From: Acidobacteriota bacterium
GTDB lineage: Bacteria; Acidobacteriota; UBA6911; RPQK01; JAJDTT01
DNA: 64,000 nucleotides
Assembly (NCBI GenBank): GCA_965209055.1
Contig: OZ242374.1
Location: forward strand, 2,912,001 to 2,976,000
Reading direction: 5' to 3'
A program made the position numbers and the translations under genes. This document shows, in pieces, positions 52,929-62,167 of the stretch. The stretch's first letter is position 1. Each line of letters starts with the position of its first letter. The notes beneath the pieces were generated by a model. It did not search any database and was not told the DNA's origin. It saw only the letters and a list, made by a program, of their open reading frames with translations.

Positions 52929-53705
52929 TCAGGCGCAGTAGCCGCCGTCCAGCAGGATGGTGTGGCCGGTGACGTAGGCGGAAGCCTCGGAAGACAGGAA
53001 GACCACCGACCCCTTGATGTCGTCGTATTGGGCCATGCGGCCCAGGAAGGTGTTGCTGCAATATTGGGAGAGGAAGGGTTCCGTCTCGCCTCCGAGAGCC
53101 AAGCCTCCGGGGGCGATGGCGTTGACCCGGACCCCCTTGGGTCCCGCCCACGCGGCCAGGTACTTGGTCAGGCCGATCATGCCGTGCTTGTGGAAGTGGT
53201 AGTCGGGCGGCGTGGTCATGTCGGTGCCGGCGTAGTTTCCGAAGTTGGGCGCCACCACCGACTGGATGGAGCCGATGTTGACGACGGCGCCCTGTCCCCG
53301 CTCCATCATCCGGTCCACGAACGCCCGGGAGATGGCGAAGAAACCGGTGGAGTTGACCACCATGGATCGCTCCCAGGTTTCCAGCGGGTCGGTGTAGGCT
53401 CGCATGGTCCGGGCCACCGAGTTGTTGACCAGCACGTCGACGGCGCCGAACTGTTTCCAGACCCGATCACAGAACTCCAAGATTGACGACTCGCTCCCCT
53501 GGTCGAACCCGTCGCCGCTGGCCGAGAGCCCCCTCCCTTCCAGCTCAAGTGCCCAGTCCTCGCATCGCTGCCGGTTTCTGGAGGCGATAACAACGTGGGC
53601 TCCGGCCTCGGCCAGTCCCTCGGAAATGGGCATGCCGTAGAACCCGGTGCCGCCGGTGACGACCGATACCTTGCCGGTGAGATCCAGAAGCTGCTTGACG
53701 TTCAT
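52929..53705 (-). CDS. SDR family oxidoreductase
   Basis: VTGGTGFYG, NIGS, YHFHK (YxxxK), RVNAIAPGG, DGG. Confidence 0.92.
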   Translation of the reverse strand: MNVKQLLDLTGKVSVVTGGTGFYGMPISEGLAEAGAHVVIASRNRQRCEDWALELEGRGLSASGDGFDQGSESSILEFCDRVWKQFGAVDVLVNNSVARTMRAYTDPLETWERSMVVNSTGFFAISRAFVDRMMERGQGAVVNIGSIQSVVAPNFGNYAGTDMTTPPDYHFHKHGMIGLTKYLAAWAGPKGVRVNAIAPGGLALGGETEPFLSQYCSNTFLGRMAQYDDIKGSVVFLSSEASAYVTGHTILLDGGYCA

Positions 53706-53729
53706 GACAGCGCATACTTATATCACCTC

Positions 53730-55007
53730 ATGCCTTCGAAACGGAGATTGATCCCCATCGCCAAATCTACAAGCAGAGGAGCCGTAGCAGTGGTCCTGCT
53801 CCAGATATTGGTTGCCGCAGACGTCTCGGCCGAGGAGAAACAGGGCACTGAACCGGCGGAGTGGACGACTGCCCAGAAGCTGGCCGGAAAGTACGGTTGG
53901 CCCTATGTGGCGGGGCACAAGGGGCTCTCCCGCCAGGAGATCGTCTTTCCCCGGGTCCGGGGCCTGCAGGTGATCAAGGCGGACCTCCACATCCACACCA
54001 TCTACTCCGATGGCCAGGTCCTGCCCGAAACTCGTGTCTGGGAAGCCTGGCGGGACGGTCTGGATCTGATGGCCATCACCGATCATCCTGAGTACATGAG
54101 GCTGGCCCTGCCCCAGGACCGGGAACGAGCCTACGGCCGGGCCCTTCCGCTGGCCCGGGCCCTGGGTCTGATGCTGATTCGGGGTGCCGAGCTGACGACC
54201 CTTTCGGGACCGACATACAAGGATGAGGACTCGGATCACGTCGTCGCTTTCGTTCAGGACGAGAGTCCCTTTTTCGACGACTTCGACACGGCGGTCCGGT
54301 CGGCCCGCGACCAGGGAGCCGTCATCATCTGGGCCCATCCCGGCCCTCGATGGGTCCGGGACGCCACCCGCCTTCTGAAGTTGGGGTGGCTGGACGGGAT
54401 CGAATTGAGGAACGGCGGCCGAAAAGGGGGGAAGGGGATTGGATACCACCGGGGAGAACCGTACTTCTCCGAGGTGATGGACTGGTGCCTCGAACACGAC
54501 CTGGCCGTCATCGCCTCGTCGGATGCTCACTGGCCCATCGACCAGATGGTCGACCGGAGCCGGGGAGAACGCCGGGAAATGACCCTGGTCCTGGCTGAGC
54601 GCCGGGGCGAGACGTCGATCCGGGAAGCCATCAAGGCCCGGCGCACCCTGGCTTATTTCGGCGAGATGATCTGGGGGCGGGAAGAGTGGCTCCGCGCTCT
54701 GGCCGAGAGCTCACTCCGTTTTAGTGTCACTCCAAGCGTCCAAGAGAATCGGAAACGCCACTTCCTGTCCGTTGCAAACTCCTCCTCCTTCCCCTTTCGC
54801 ATGAAGGTCTTCAGGGCGGGAGATGAAATGGCCGCGGGTCTCCGGGAGGTGCGAATTGCGGAGCGGGGACGGACCGTGGCTCCCGTCAGCGTGAAAGAGG
54901 GGGAGACAGGCGTTCGGCTGGTCATCACGTTCACCAACCTTCTTTCCGGCGCGGACCGGCCGCTTGTCATGGAACGGCGACTGCAGGTTCCGGGAGGACC
55001 ACCATGA
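53730..55007 (+). CDS. Secreted PHP-domain metallohydrolase/phosphoesterase
   Basis: ADLHIHTIYSDG, AITDH, GAE, WAHP, SSDAH; signal peptide; start approximate. Confidence 0.85.
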   Translation: MPSKRRLIPIAKSTSRGAVAVVLLQILVAADVSAEEKQGTEPAEWTTAQKLAGKYGWPYVAGHKGLSRQEIVFPRVRGLQVIKADLHIHTIYSDGQVLPETRVWEAWRDGLDLMAITDHPEYMRLALPQDRERAYGRALPLARALGLMLIRGAELTTLSGPTYKDEDSDHVVAFVQDESPFFDDFDTAVRSARDQGAVIIWAHPGPRWVRDATRLLKLGWLDGIELRNGGRKGGKGIGYHRGEPYFSEVMDWCLEHDLAVIASSDAHWPIDQMVDRSRGERREMTLVLAERRGETSIREAIKARRTLAYFGEMIWGREEWLRALAESSLRFSVTPSVQENRKRHFLSVANSSSFPFRMKVFRAGDEMAAGLREVRIAERGRTVAPVSVKEGETGVRLVITFTNLLSGADRPLVMERRLQVPGGPP

Positions 55008-57871
55008 GTTCCGCGTACCCCGTCCCGGCCATCGCCGCTCTTGTGGGACTCCTGTTTGCATGTGCCCCTCCGGCAGAAACACTCCAGGCTCCTGTGCAGG
55101 AAGGCCGGGAGGTCTGGAGGGAGTCCAGCTTCGCCGATTTCGCCGACGGGACCCTGACCGACGGTGGGGCCAACACATACGTCGGGGCGGATGGGAGCGT
55201 CCGGCTCATCAACGAACTGGACCTGAACCAGGACGGGCTCATCGACCTGGTCCTTCCGGGAAGCCACGACAACAACTTCGACATGGAAGCCTGGATCTAC
55301 TGGGGACGGGACGATTTGGACGCCGGCAGCCGGACCGCGCTCCCGGGGGAGGGCGGCCAGGACGTGGCCATTGCGGACCTGAACCGGGACGGCCATCCGG
55401 ACCTGGTGGTGGCCAAGGGCTACAACGGCACCCGGACCGAGAACCGGTCGGCCCTCTATTGGGGAAGCGAATCCGGGTTCGACGCCGAGCGAAGGACCGA
55501 TCTGCCGACGGTTTCGGCCCAGGCCGTGGCCACTGGCGATCTGAACGGCGACGGTTACCCGGAAGTGGTCTTCGCCAGCAACGGCCTCTCCTACCAGTTC
55601 ACCCGGGAGGGGAACGACTTCAGCGTGGTGCGGCCGGTTTCAGACATCTACTGGGGCTCGGGGGACGGCTATTCTCCCCGCCGAACCACGCAGTTGCCCA
55701 CCCGTTTCGCCCGCGACGTGGCCATTGCCGATCTGAACCGGGACCGGGCGCCCGATCTGGTCTTCGCGGTTCAGGACTACAAGGGCGAACCGGGTGGAGT
55801 GCTGGTCTACTGGGGATCCGAATCCGGCTACTCGGCGGATGCCTCCCTTTGGCTGGAAGGGTTGGGAAGCGTGGCTTTGATCGCCGCCGACTTGAACGGC
55901 GACGGCTGGCCCGACCTGGCGGTGGCCAACGAGACGGCGCCCGGCTTCGACGCGGATGCCGGAGGGATCGCCGTCACCCCGATTCCCAGTTACGTCTACT
56001 GGGGGGCTTCCGGGGGGTTCGATCCGGAGCGGCGGACCGCGTTGCCCGGCTGGCGGGCCCGGGGCATCGAAGCCGCCGATCTCGACCGGGATGGGCATCC
56101 CGATCTGATCCTCTCCAACCAGGCGGGCCATGCGTCCTTCATCTACTGGGGGTCGGCAGACGGATTTCGGCCGGATCTCAGAACGGCCCTGCCCACGCTG
56201 GCCGCCGGCGCCAGCACGGCCGCGGATCTCAACGGGGACGGCTATCCGGACCTGGTCTTCGCCAACGAGAAGAGCGACGAGAGCTACGACGTCTCCTCCA
56301 CCGTCTACTGGAACGGACCAAGCGGATTCGATCCCTCCCGCCGGCTGGAATTGCCGACTCGAGGCGCGTTGTCGGTGGCAAGCGGCGACCTGGACGGCGA
56401 CGGCAAGGGCGATCTGGCGTTTGCGCAGAGCAAGGACGGCTATGCGTCCGACAAAGCCCCCAATGCCTACATCTACTGGGGCCGGACCGACGGGGACTAT
56501 TCTCCTGAGGACCGCTGGACCTTGCCCTACTCCGGCCTGAGCGCGGCCAACATCGCCGACCTCGACCGGGACGGCTGGACCGACCTGGTGCTGGCGGGGC
56601 AGATCGACATCTTGTGGGGGACGCCCGAAGGACTCTCCCGGACCGGGACCACCCATCTCCCCACGCGGAGGGGTTTCAGCGTGGTGGTGGCGGACTTCAA
56701 CCGGGACGGATACCTGGACCTGAGTCTCAGCGAGTGGACCCACGGCCGGGACGAGATGAGCCTCTTCTGGGGCGGTCCCGCAGGCTATCGGATGGACAAC
56801 CGCTTCATCCTCAAGTTTCCCGACGTGCGGCTCCACAAGGCGGCGGACCTGGACCGGAACGGCTATCTGGACCTGCTGTTTACCGGGACCAGCGACCGCG
56901 TGGCCATCTTCTGGAACGGACCCGGCGGATTCGACAACCGCAACGTCCAGCATCTTCCGTCCAAGATGGCCGTCGGAGCCGAGATCGGGGACCTCGATGG
57001 CGACGGATACCTGGACATCGTGATCTGCAATCTGTACGACCTGGAAAAGCTCCGGACCGACGAAGGCGAGCGCGCCATCGACGCGGAGCCCCAAGCGGCC
57101 CCGTTCGCTGCCGGCACCGCCGTTTACTGGGGAGGGGAAACGGGATTCTCGGAGAATCGCATGCTGCTCCTGGACACGGTCGGGAGCGAGGATGCCTCCA
57201 TCGCCGATTTGAACCGGGACGGCCGCCTGGACCTGGTGGTTTCCAGCTACCACGCCGGCGCCAATCGGCATCACCCGTCCTACGTCTTCTGGGGCGCCGA
57301 GTCGGGACTCGACCCGAAACCGGTCCTTTTGCCCACCGATTCCGCCTCCGGCGTGATGGTGGCGGATTACAACCGGGACGGGCACGACGACATCTTCTTC
57401 GTCTGCCACACCAAGGGAGGAAATCATCGCACCGACTCCTTCCTTTATTGGGGCTCGGAGGCGGGATTTTCCACCGGGAGGCGGCTCCTGGTTCCGACCC
57501 GCGGCGCGCACTGGGCGATTCATCACGACGTGGGAAACGTCTACGACCGCGCTCCCCGCTACGATTACATTTCCGCGCCGTTCCGTCTGCCTGAAAACGG
57601 CCAGGTCGAGAGCCTGAGCTGGAAGGCGCGGACTCCGCATGAGACCTCCGTTGATTTCCAGGTCCGGGGTTCGGAGACGCGGGAGGGTCTTGGTGCTTCC
57701 GAGTGGTCCGGTCCCGACGGACCGGGAAGCCGATACACTCGGCCGGGCGCCCGTTTGGATGGACTCGGCGGCAACACCCGCTGGATTCAATACAAGGCGT
57801 CACTGGTTTCGCCCGGAGGCGTCAACTCGCCGGTCTTGGAGCAGGTTGAGATAAGCTACCAGGGCGAATAG
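55004..57871 (+). CDS. FG-GAP/VCBS-repeat lipoprotein
   Basis: Lipobox LFAC; 14 D-L/F/Y-N/D-x-D/N-G/R motifs, most followed by a YWG/FWN-type strand. Confidence 0.9.
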   Translation: MSSAYPVPAIAALVGLLFACAPPAETLQAPVQEGREVWRESSFADFADGTLTDGGANTYVGADGSVRLINELDLNQDGLIDLVLPGSHDNNFDMEAWIYWGRDDLDAGSRTALPGEGGQDVAIADLNRDGHPDLVVAKGYNGTRTENRSALYWGSESGFDAERRTDLPTVSAQAVATGDLNGDGYPEVVFASNGLSYQFTREGNDFSVVRPVSDIYWGSGDGYSPRRTTQLPTRFARDVAIADLNRDRAPDLVFAVQDYKGEPGGVLVYWGSESGYSADASLWLEGLGSVALIAADLNGDGWPDLAVANETAPGFDADAGGIAVTPIPSYVYWGASGGFDPERRTALPGWRARGIEAADLDRDGHPDLILSNQAGHASFIYWGSADGFRPDLRTALPTLAAGASTAADLNGDGYPDLVFANEKSDESYDVSSTVYWNGPSGFDPSRRLELPTRGALSVASGDLDGDGKGDLAFAQSKDGYASDKAPNAYIYWGRTDGDYSPEDRWTLPYSGLSAANIADLDRDGWTDLVLAGQIDILWGTPEGLSRTGTTHLPTRRGFSVVVADFNRDGYLDLSLSEWTHGRDEMSLFWGGPAGYRMDNRFILKFPDVRLHKAADLDRNGYLDLLFTGTSDRVAIFWNGPGGFDNRNVQHLPSKMAVGAEIGDLDGDGYLDIVICNLYDLEKLRTDEGERAIDAEPQAAPFAAGTAVYWGGETGFSENRMLLLDTVGSEDASIADLNRDGRLDLVVSSYHAGANRHHPSYVFWGAESGLDPKPVLLPTDSASGVMVADYNRDGHDDIFFVCHTKGGNHRTDSFLYWGSEAGFSTGRRLLVPTRGAHWAIHHDVGNVYDRAPRYDYISAPFRLPENGQVESLSWKARTPHETSVDFQVRGSETREGLGASEWSGPDGPGSRYTRPGARLDGLGGNTRWIQYKASLVSPGGVNSPVLEQVEISYQGE

Positions 57872-57909
57872 TCGGCTTTCTCCGCAATACTTTCGGGAGG
57901 AACATTCAT

Positions 57910-58842
57910 ATGGACAGGGAACTGCTGACCTGGTTCAACGGCCGGCTGGTTCCGGATTCCGAGGTCCGGATCCATCACACCGACTCCGGCCTCAGCTTCG
58001 GCCACAATGTGACCGACTCGGCGCGGACCTTCGGGTACCGCCCCTTCAAGCTGAAGGAGCACATCGGCAGGTTCTACCGCTCCATGTCGGTGGCCCGGAT
58101 CAATCCCGGCATGACTCCCGAGCGGATGGAAGAGATCGCACTGGAGGTGCTGGAGGCGAATCGTCCCGTCCTGGACCCGGACGGTGACGTGTGGGTCACC
58201 CAGACCGCCACCGGAGGCCGGATGCGCAGCACCATCGGACGTTTCGAGTTCGACCGTCCCGGGCTGCTCATCGCCACACTGCCGCTGGGCTTCGCCGATT
58301 ACGCTCACCTCTACGAGAAAGGGGCCCACGCCGTGACCCCCTCGACCCGGCATATCCCGCCCCAGTCGCTGGACGCCAAGCTCAAGCACCGGAACCGGAT
58401 CTTCTTCACCCTGGCTGAATTCGAGGTCAAGGAGGTGGACCCGGAGGGTTTCTCTCTCCTTCTGGACATCGACGGCAACGTGACGGAGAACAAGGGGGCC
58501 AACTTCTTCATCTACCGTGACGGACGCCTGAGGACGCCCACGACCCGGAACTGCCTGGAGGGAGTCAGCCGGGCCACGGTGCTGGAGCTGGCCCGGGAAG
58601 AAGGGATTCCCGCGGTGGAGGAGGACTTCCAGCCCTACCATGTGACCACCGCGGAGGAGGCCTTCTTCTGCAGCACCTCCTATTGCATGCTCCCGGTGAC
58701 CCGCTACAACGGCAATGTGCTGGGCGAGGGCCGGCCGGGACCCGTCTATCGCCGGCTGATCGGCGCCTGGAGTAGAAGAGTAGGAATGGATATTCCGGAA
58801 CAGGCGCTCCGAGGAGCGGCGACTTGGAGCGGCGGTTTCTAA
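57910..58842 (+). CDS. Class IV PLP aminotransferase (BCAT/DAAT/ADC-lyase-like)
   Basis: WFNGRLVP, EHIGRF, AKLKH, ENKGANFF, LEGVSR, EEAFFCST. Confidence 0.9.
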   Translation: MDRELLTWFNGRLVPDSEVRIHHTDSGLSFGHNVTDSARTFGYRPFKLKEHIGRFYRSMSVARINPGMTPERMEEIALEVLEANRPVLDPDGDVWVTQTATGGRMRSTIGRFEFDRPGLLIATLPLGFADYAHLYEKGAHAVTPSTRHIPPQSLDAKLKHRNRIFFTLAEFEVKEVDPEGFSLLLDIDGNVTENKGANFFIYRDGRLRTPTTRNCLEGVSRATVLELAREEGIPAVEEDFQPYHVTTAEEAFFCSTSYCMLPVTRYNGNVLGEGRPGPVYRRLIGAWSRRVGMDIPEQALRGAATWSGGF

Positions 58843-58848
58843 CCGCCG
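58813..58848 (+). repeat. REP units forming the 3' end of the aminotransferase gene
   Basis: GGAGCGGCGACTT-GGAGCGGCGGTTTCTAACCGCCG, same family as 40852. Confidence 0.7.
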
Positions 58849-59022
58849 GCCAGGGGGGGGTAGGGGGGACGGCAACACACCCATTGAATCCAGCGATATC
58901 CCAAGAGATCCCGGAATATCTTTTAAGTGGTTGGTTTTCTTTAGTTTATACCTGTTCTCACCCCGTTTCTTCCTCCCCTGACGTCCCTTGATATCCATCT
59001 CTATCCCGTTTATTATGGTGTA

Positions 59023-60258
59023 ATGGGTGATGTAATCAGTGCTCCCCTTTTGCCCCGGAAGACCAAGCCGAAGGGCCGCCACCCCCACAAGGCGCTCTCC
59101 GCCGCTTTCGTGCGCTCCGCCCCACCGGGCAAACACTGCGACGGCAACGGACTCTACCTCTTCGTCAAGCCTAACGGAGCACGAAGCTGGATCCAACGCC
59201 TCGTCATCCGCGGCCGCCGCCGCGACTTCGGACTCGGCGGTGTGGCACTGGTGTCCCTGGCCGAGGCCCGCGAGAAGGCGCGGGCCAACCGCAAGCTGGC
59301 CCGCGAAGGTGGGGATCCCCTGACCGAGAGACGCCGCACGCACAACATGCCCACCTTCGCCGAAGCCGCCGAGCGGGTGGTGGAGCAGAAGCGGTCCGGC
59401 TGGCGCAATCAAAGGCAGGCCCACGACTGGATGGCGAGCTTTCGACGCTACGCCTTTCCTCACATCGGCCGGATGCCGGTCTCGGAGGTGACCAGCGGCG
59501 ACGTCCTGGAGATCCTCGTGCCCATCTGGCACGTGAAGTCGCGCACGGCCCGGACCGTGCGACAGCGCATCCGCACGGTCCTGGAGTGGGCCGTGGCGAT
59601 GGAATACCGGACCGACAACCCCTGCGACCGGGTCGTGTCGGTGCTCGGAGCACAGGACGACGTGGTGCGGCACATGCCGGCCTTGCCGCATCGCGAGGTG
59701 GGGGCGGCCCTCCGGAAGGTGCGGGCCTCCAACGCGATGCCCGTGTCCCTGCTGGCCTTCGAGTTCCTGGTGCTCACGGCGGCGAGGTGGGGCGAGGTGC
59801 GGTGGGCCGAGTGGCTGGAGATCGATCCGGCGCAAGGGATGTGGACGGTTCCCGGAATCCGCATGAAGACCAAACGGGCGCACCGGGTGCCTTTGTGCCG
59901 CCGGGCGAATGAGATCCTGGAGAAGGCACGCACGCTGGATCATGGAGCCACCCGGTTGATCTTCGCCCGAAGGGGCGGAAAGCCGCTCGGCTCCGGCCGG
60001 TTGCGCAAGCTGCTGCGCCGGAACGGGATCGCCGCCGTGCCGCACGGGTTCCGGTCGAGTTTCCGGGACTGGGCGGCCGAGGAGACGGATCATCCACGCG
60101 AGGTGGTCGAGGCGGCGCTGGCGCATGTGGTGAAGAACAAGGTCGAGGCGGCGTACCGGCGCACGGACCTGTTCGAGCGTCGGCGTCGGCTCATGGAGGA
60201 CTGGGCGAGCTATCTGGCTGGCGAGAGTCCGGAACGGGTGGCCGGCCGGCTCCGTTGA
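59023..60258 (+). CDS. P4-like tyrosine integrase with Arm DNA-binding domain
   Basis: DGNGLYL..K..G.RSW, GLG....SLAEAR; catalytic TAAR, MK, HGFR, LAH, AAY all intact. Confidence 0.95.
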   Translation: MGDVISAPLLPRKTKPKGRHPHKALSAAFVRSAPPGKHCDGNGLYLFVKPNGARSWIQRLVIRGRRRDFGLGGVALVSLAEAREKARANRKLAREGGDPLTERRRTHNMPTFAEAAERVVEQKRSGWRNQRQAHDWMASFRRYAFPHIGRMPVSEVTSGDVLEILVPIWHVKSRTARTVRQRIRTVLEWAVAMEYRTDNPCDRVVSVLGAQDDVVRHMPALPHREVGAALRKVRASNAMPVSLLAFEFLVLTAARWGEVRWAEWLEIDPAQGMWTVPGIRMKTKRAHRVPLCRRANEILEKARTLDHGATRLIFARRGGKPLGSGRLRKLLRRNGIAAVPHGFRSSFRDWAAEETDHPREVVEAALAHVVKNKVEAAYRRTDLFERRRRLMEDWASYLAGESPERVAGRLR

Positions 60259-60451
60259 TCCGCCGTGGTGGTTCTCCCGGCAGGCTTCGTGATCTGGGGT
60301 TCGAGCCGGATTCCGGGAGGTCGATCTTGACCGCTGAAAAGTGGGGTTCCGTGCCGCTCGGGGAGTGCACCTGAGACAATGGGGGGCATGTGCACCATGA
60401 GGGCTCTTCGATGTGCACGGCACCGTTCCTCTAACTTGCTGTCCCCATTCG

Positions 60452-60624
60452 GGTTACGGCTCGCCTCGCGGCTCGGCGGCACCGCTCGGGGAAAGCGGAG
60501 GTGGACGGGAGCGACCCCCCTTTTTTGCCTCCCGGATCGGCAAAGCGGGGCAGGCTGATGCGCACTGACCGTGCCATCGCCTCGGGGGGTCGCTCCCGTC
60601 CCAATGATCCCTGCCGGGAAGGCC
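60452..60624 (+). repeat. Repeat family B copy 1 (long hairpin, oriT-like core)
   Basis: GGACGGGAGCGACCCCCC (60503) pairs perfectly with GGGGGGTCGCTCCCGTCC (60584); homologous to 61078 and 63915. Confidence 0.85.
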
Positions 60625-61077
60625 TCTGGATCGCCTGAGCGCGTGGCGGTGCGGCACGGAACGGCGCGGTGGGCAGGCCGCCGCGTGCCAGTGCTCGTAC
60701 AAGCGTCTGTGGACGGCCCCGATGGCTGGACGGAGTGATCTGGCGGATCGAACAGGCAATCTTCTTCCAGAAATGCGGAGTGTGCTGAAAGGGACGCGGG
60801 CCGATTCGACGGCTATGGCAGCGTCAGGGCCTCGCTGAGACCGGCCATCGAGTGGCGACCAGGGGCGGAAGATCGCGCCGCCGGCGTGGAGATCGACGAC
60901 GACGTTCGCGACGCTCTCGTGGCGGGCGACACGCTTGCCGGGGAGCTCATTTTGACGGGTACAGAGCGCCCCACCGTGTCGATCCGGGAGTGTAAGGGAG
61001 ACAACGGGGGCAACTTACATCATGGGAGTCTGCCAACTTACACACGCGATTTCTCCGATCTCTTTGTCGCTCATGCT

Positions 61078-61250
61078 GTTACGGCCACATTCCCGGCTCC
61101 GCCGTGCCCGCACGGGGAAAGCGGAGGTGGACGGGAGCGACCCCCCCCTTTTTCCTGCCCGGTGCGGGCGCGGGGGCGTGGCGCAACTTACATCTGCGCC
61201 ACACCCCCTGGGGGGGTCGCTCCCTTCCAAAATATCCCTGCGGGAAGCCC
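61078..61250 (+). repeat. Repeat family B copy 2
   Basis: CGGGGAAAGCGGAGGTGGACGGGAGCGACCCCCC identical to copy 1; inner hairpin GTGGCGCA-ACTTACATC-TGCGCCAC. Confidence 0.85.
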
Positions 61251-61595
61251 CGGAGAAGAATCCGGAAGACCTGTCAGGGCTCTGCCAGGCGTCCGTTCTC
61301 GACACGCGGTGCAGGATCCAGGCATGACCACAGGCGACACGTGCCAATGGGGTCCGCAGGTGCAGGTGGATTTTCGGCGTCCTCTTGGACGAGGAGGTGG
61401 ACCGAACCCCGGAAGGCCTGAACTCGGAACGGCAGGCGGAGGTTCGCGTCGGGGTCCGCTCCAGGCCCAGCCCCCGATCCAGGGCCTGGCCGACGAGGCG
61501 GCCGGTGCGGGTGGTGGTGGTCCGGCCGTCGAGAGCCGCCTCCACGCCGTGGTGGCACCGGAGCAAGCGGCGGTCGAAGCGCAGGGCGCGGTTTC

Positions 61596-61768
61596 TCCGG
61601 CAACCCGGAACGGATGACGGACCGGGGGAACCGATCCCCCCAGACCCCTCAGTGGCGCCAGAACCCCTGGCGGCTCACCTTGCCGCCAGTGAACCTGGCG
61701 CTTCTGTTCGTCGCGCGTCCCATGAGAATGGGACCCTCACGCGGTCTCCTCGGCCTTCCAGCCGGGAG
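61596..61768 (+). repeat. Repeat family A copy 1 (multi-hairpin; candidate structured ncRNA or ssDNA signal)
   Basis: Homologous to 63415-63586, with conserved hairpins. Confidence 0.85.
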
Positions 61769-61786
61769 TGAGACGTTCGCCCGTTT

Positions 61787-61877
61787 CCGGCAGTCCTGGC
61801 CAATCGGACCCGGTCAGCTCCGAATGTCCGCCCCCAATTCCCGGAGCGCGCAGGCGCTTGAAACCTGGGAGTCGAGG
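61787..61877 (+). pseudogene. Degenerate remnant of the N-terminus of the integrase at 62168..63256
   Basis: QSWPIGPGQLRMSAPNSRSAQALETWES versus KYWPHGSGRLRMYAPNYRSAQALQTRIES. Confidence 0.8.
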
Positions 61878-62085
61878 CGAGAAACTCGTCCATGGAGTCC
61901 ACGGACCTCCAATAGGGTCGAATGGAATCCCGTTTAGAAGGTGGGATGTAATGATGTAACCTGCTCGGGAGAATAGATCATAACTACTTTATTATCAGAT
62001 ACTTAAGAGATCGTTTCCGTAGAGGGGACGGCAGTCCCCCCTTTACGCTTATCCACCGCTGACTCGCACGGAAAAAGGAAGAATG

Positions 62086-62129
62086 GGGGACTAACAGTCC
62101 CGCGCTCTGTCCTGCTGAGCTTGGGGCGC
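62086..62129 (-). other. tRNA 5'-half fragment (candidate att site)
   Basis: Reverse complement GCGCCCC-AA-GCTC-AGCAGGACA-GAGC-G-CGGGA-CTGTTAG-TCCCC gives acceptor 5' strand, D arm and anticodon arm; no T arm follows. Confidence 0.7.
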
Positions 62130-62167
62130 TTGCTTTTATTTTCAAGGGGTTACGCCACTGCTCTCCT

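Larger units (their letters stand above)
58860..62033. mobile_element. Small integrative element with P4-like integrase, bounded by 15-bp imperfect direct repeats
   Basis: GTAGGGGGGACGGCA (58860) and GTAGAGGGGACGGCA (62019); AT-rich ends carrying TGTAA(T) pairs; integrase at the left end. Confidence 0.6.

Noticed and set aside
55640-60423. Long minus-strand ORFs 55640..57790 and 57856..60423
   Set aside because: Antisense to the FG-GAP, aminotransferase and integrase genes, which carry clear family motifs.
60487-60602. Family B as a ZTP riboswitch or simple terminator
   Set aside because: Only GGGAGCGACCC resembles ZTP, and no purine/folate gene follows. The T run lies inside the stem-loop, not after it.
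60813-61959. ORFs 60886..61617, 61015..61566, 61385..61771 and 61614..61937 as real genes
   Set aside because: They cross non-coding repeats and have no domain signature. The MTDRG...PQTPQWR peptide shared by the A copies diverges right after that segment.
62086-62129. Functional tRNA-Asn gene
   Set aside because: No variable loop, T arm or 3' acceptor strand.
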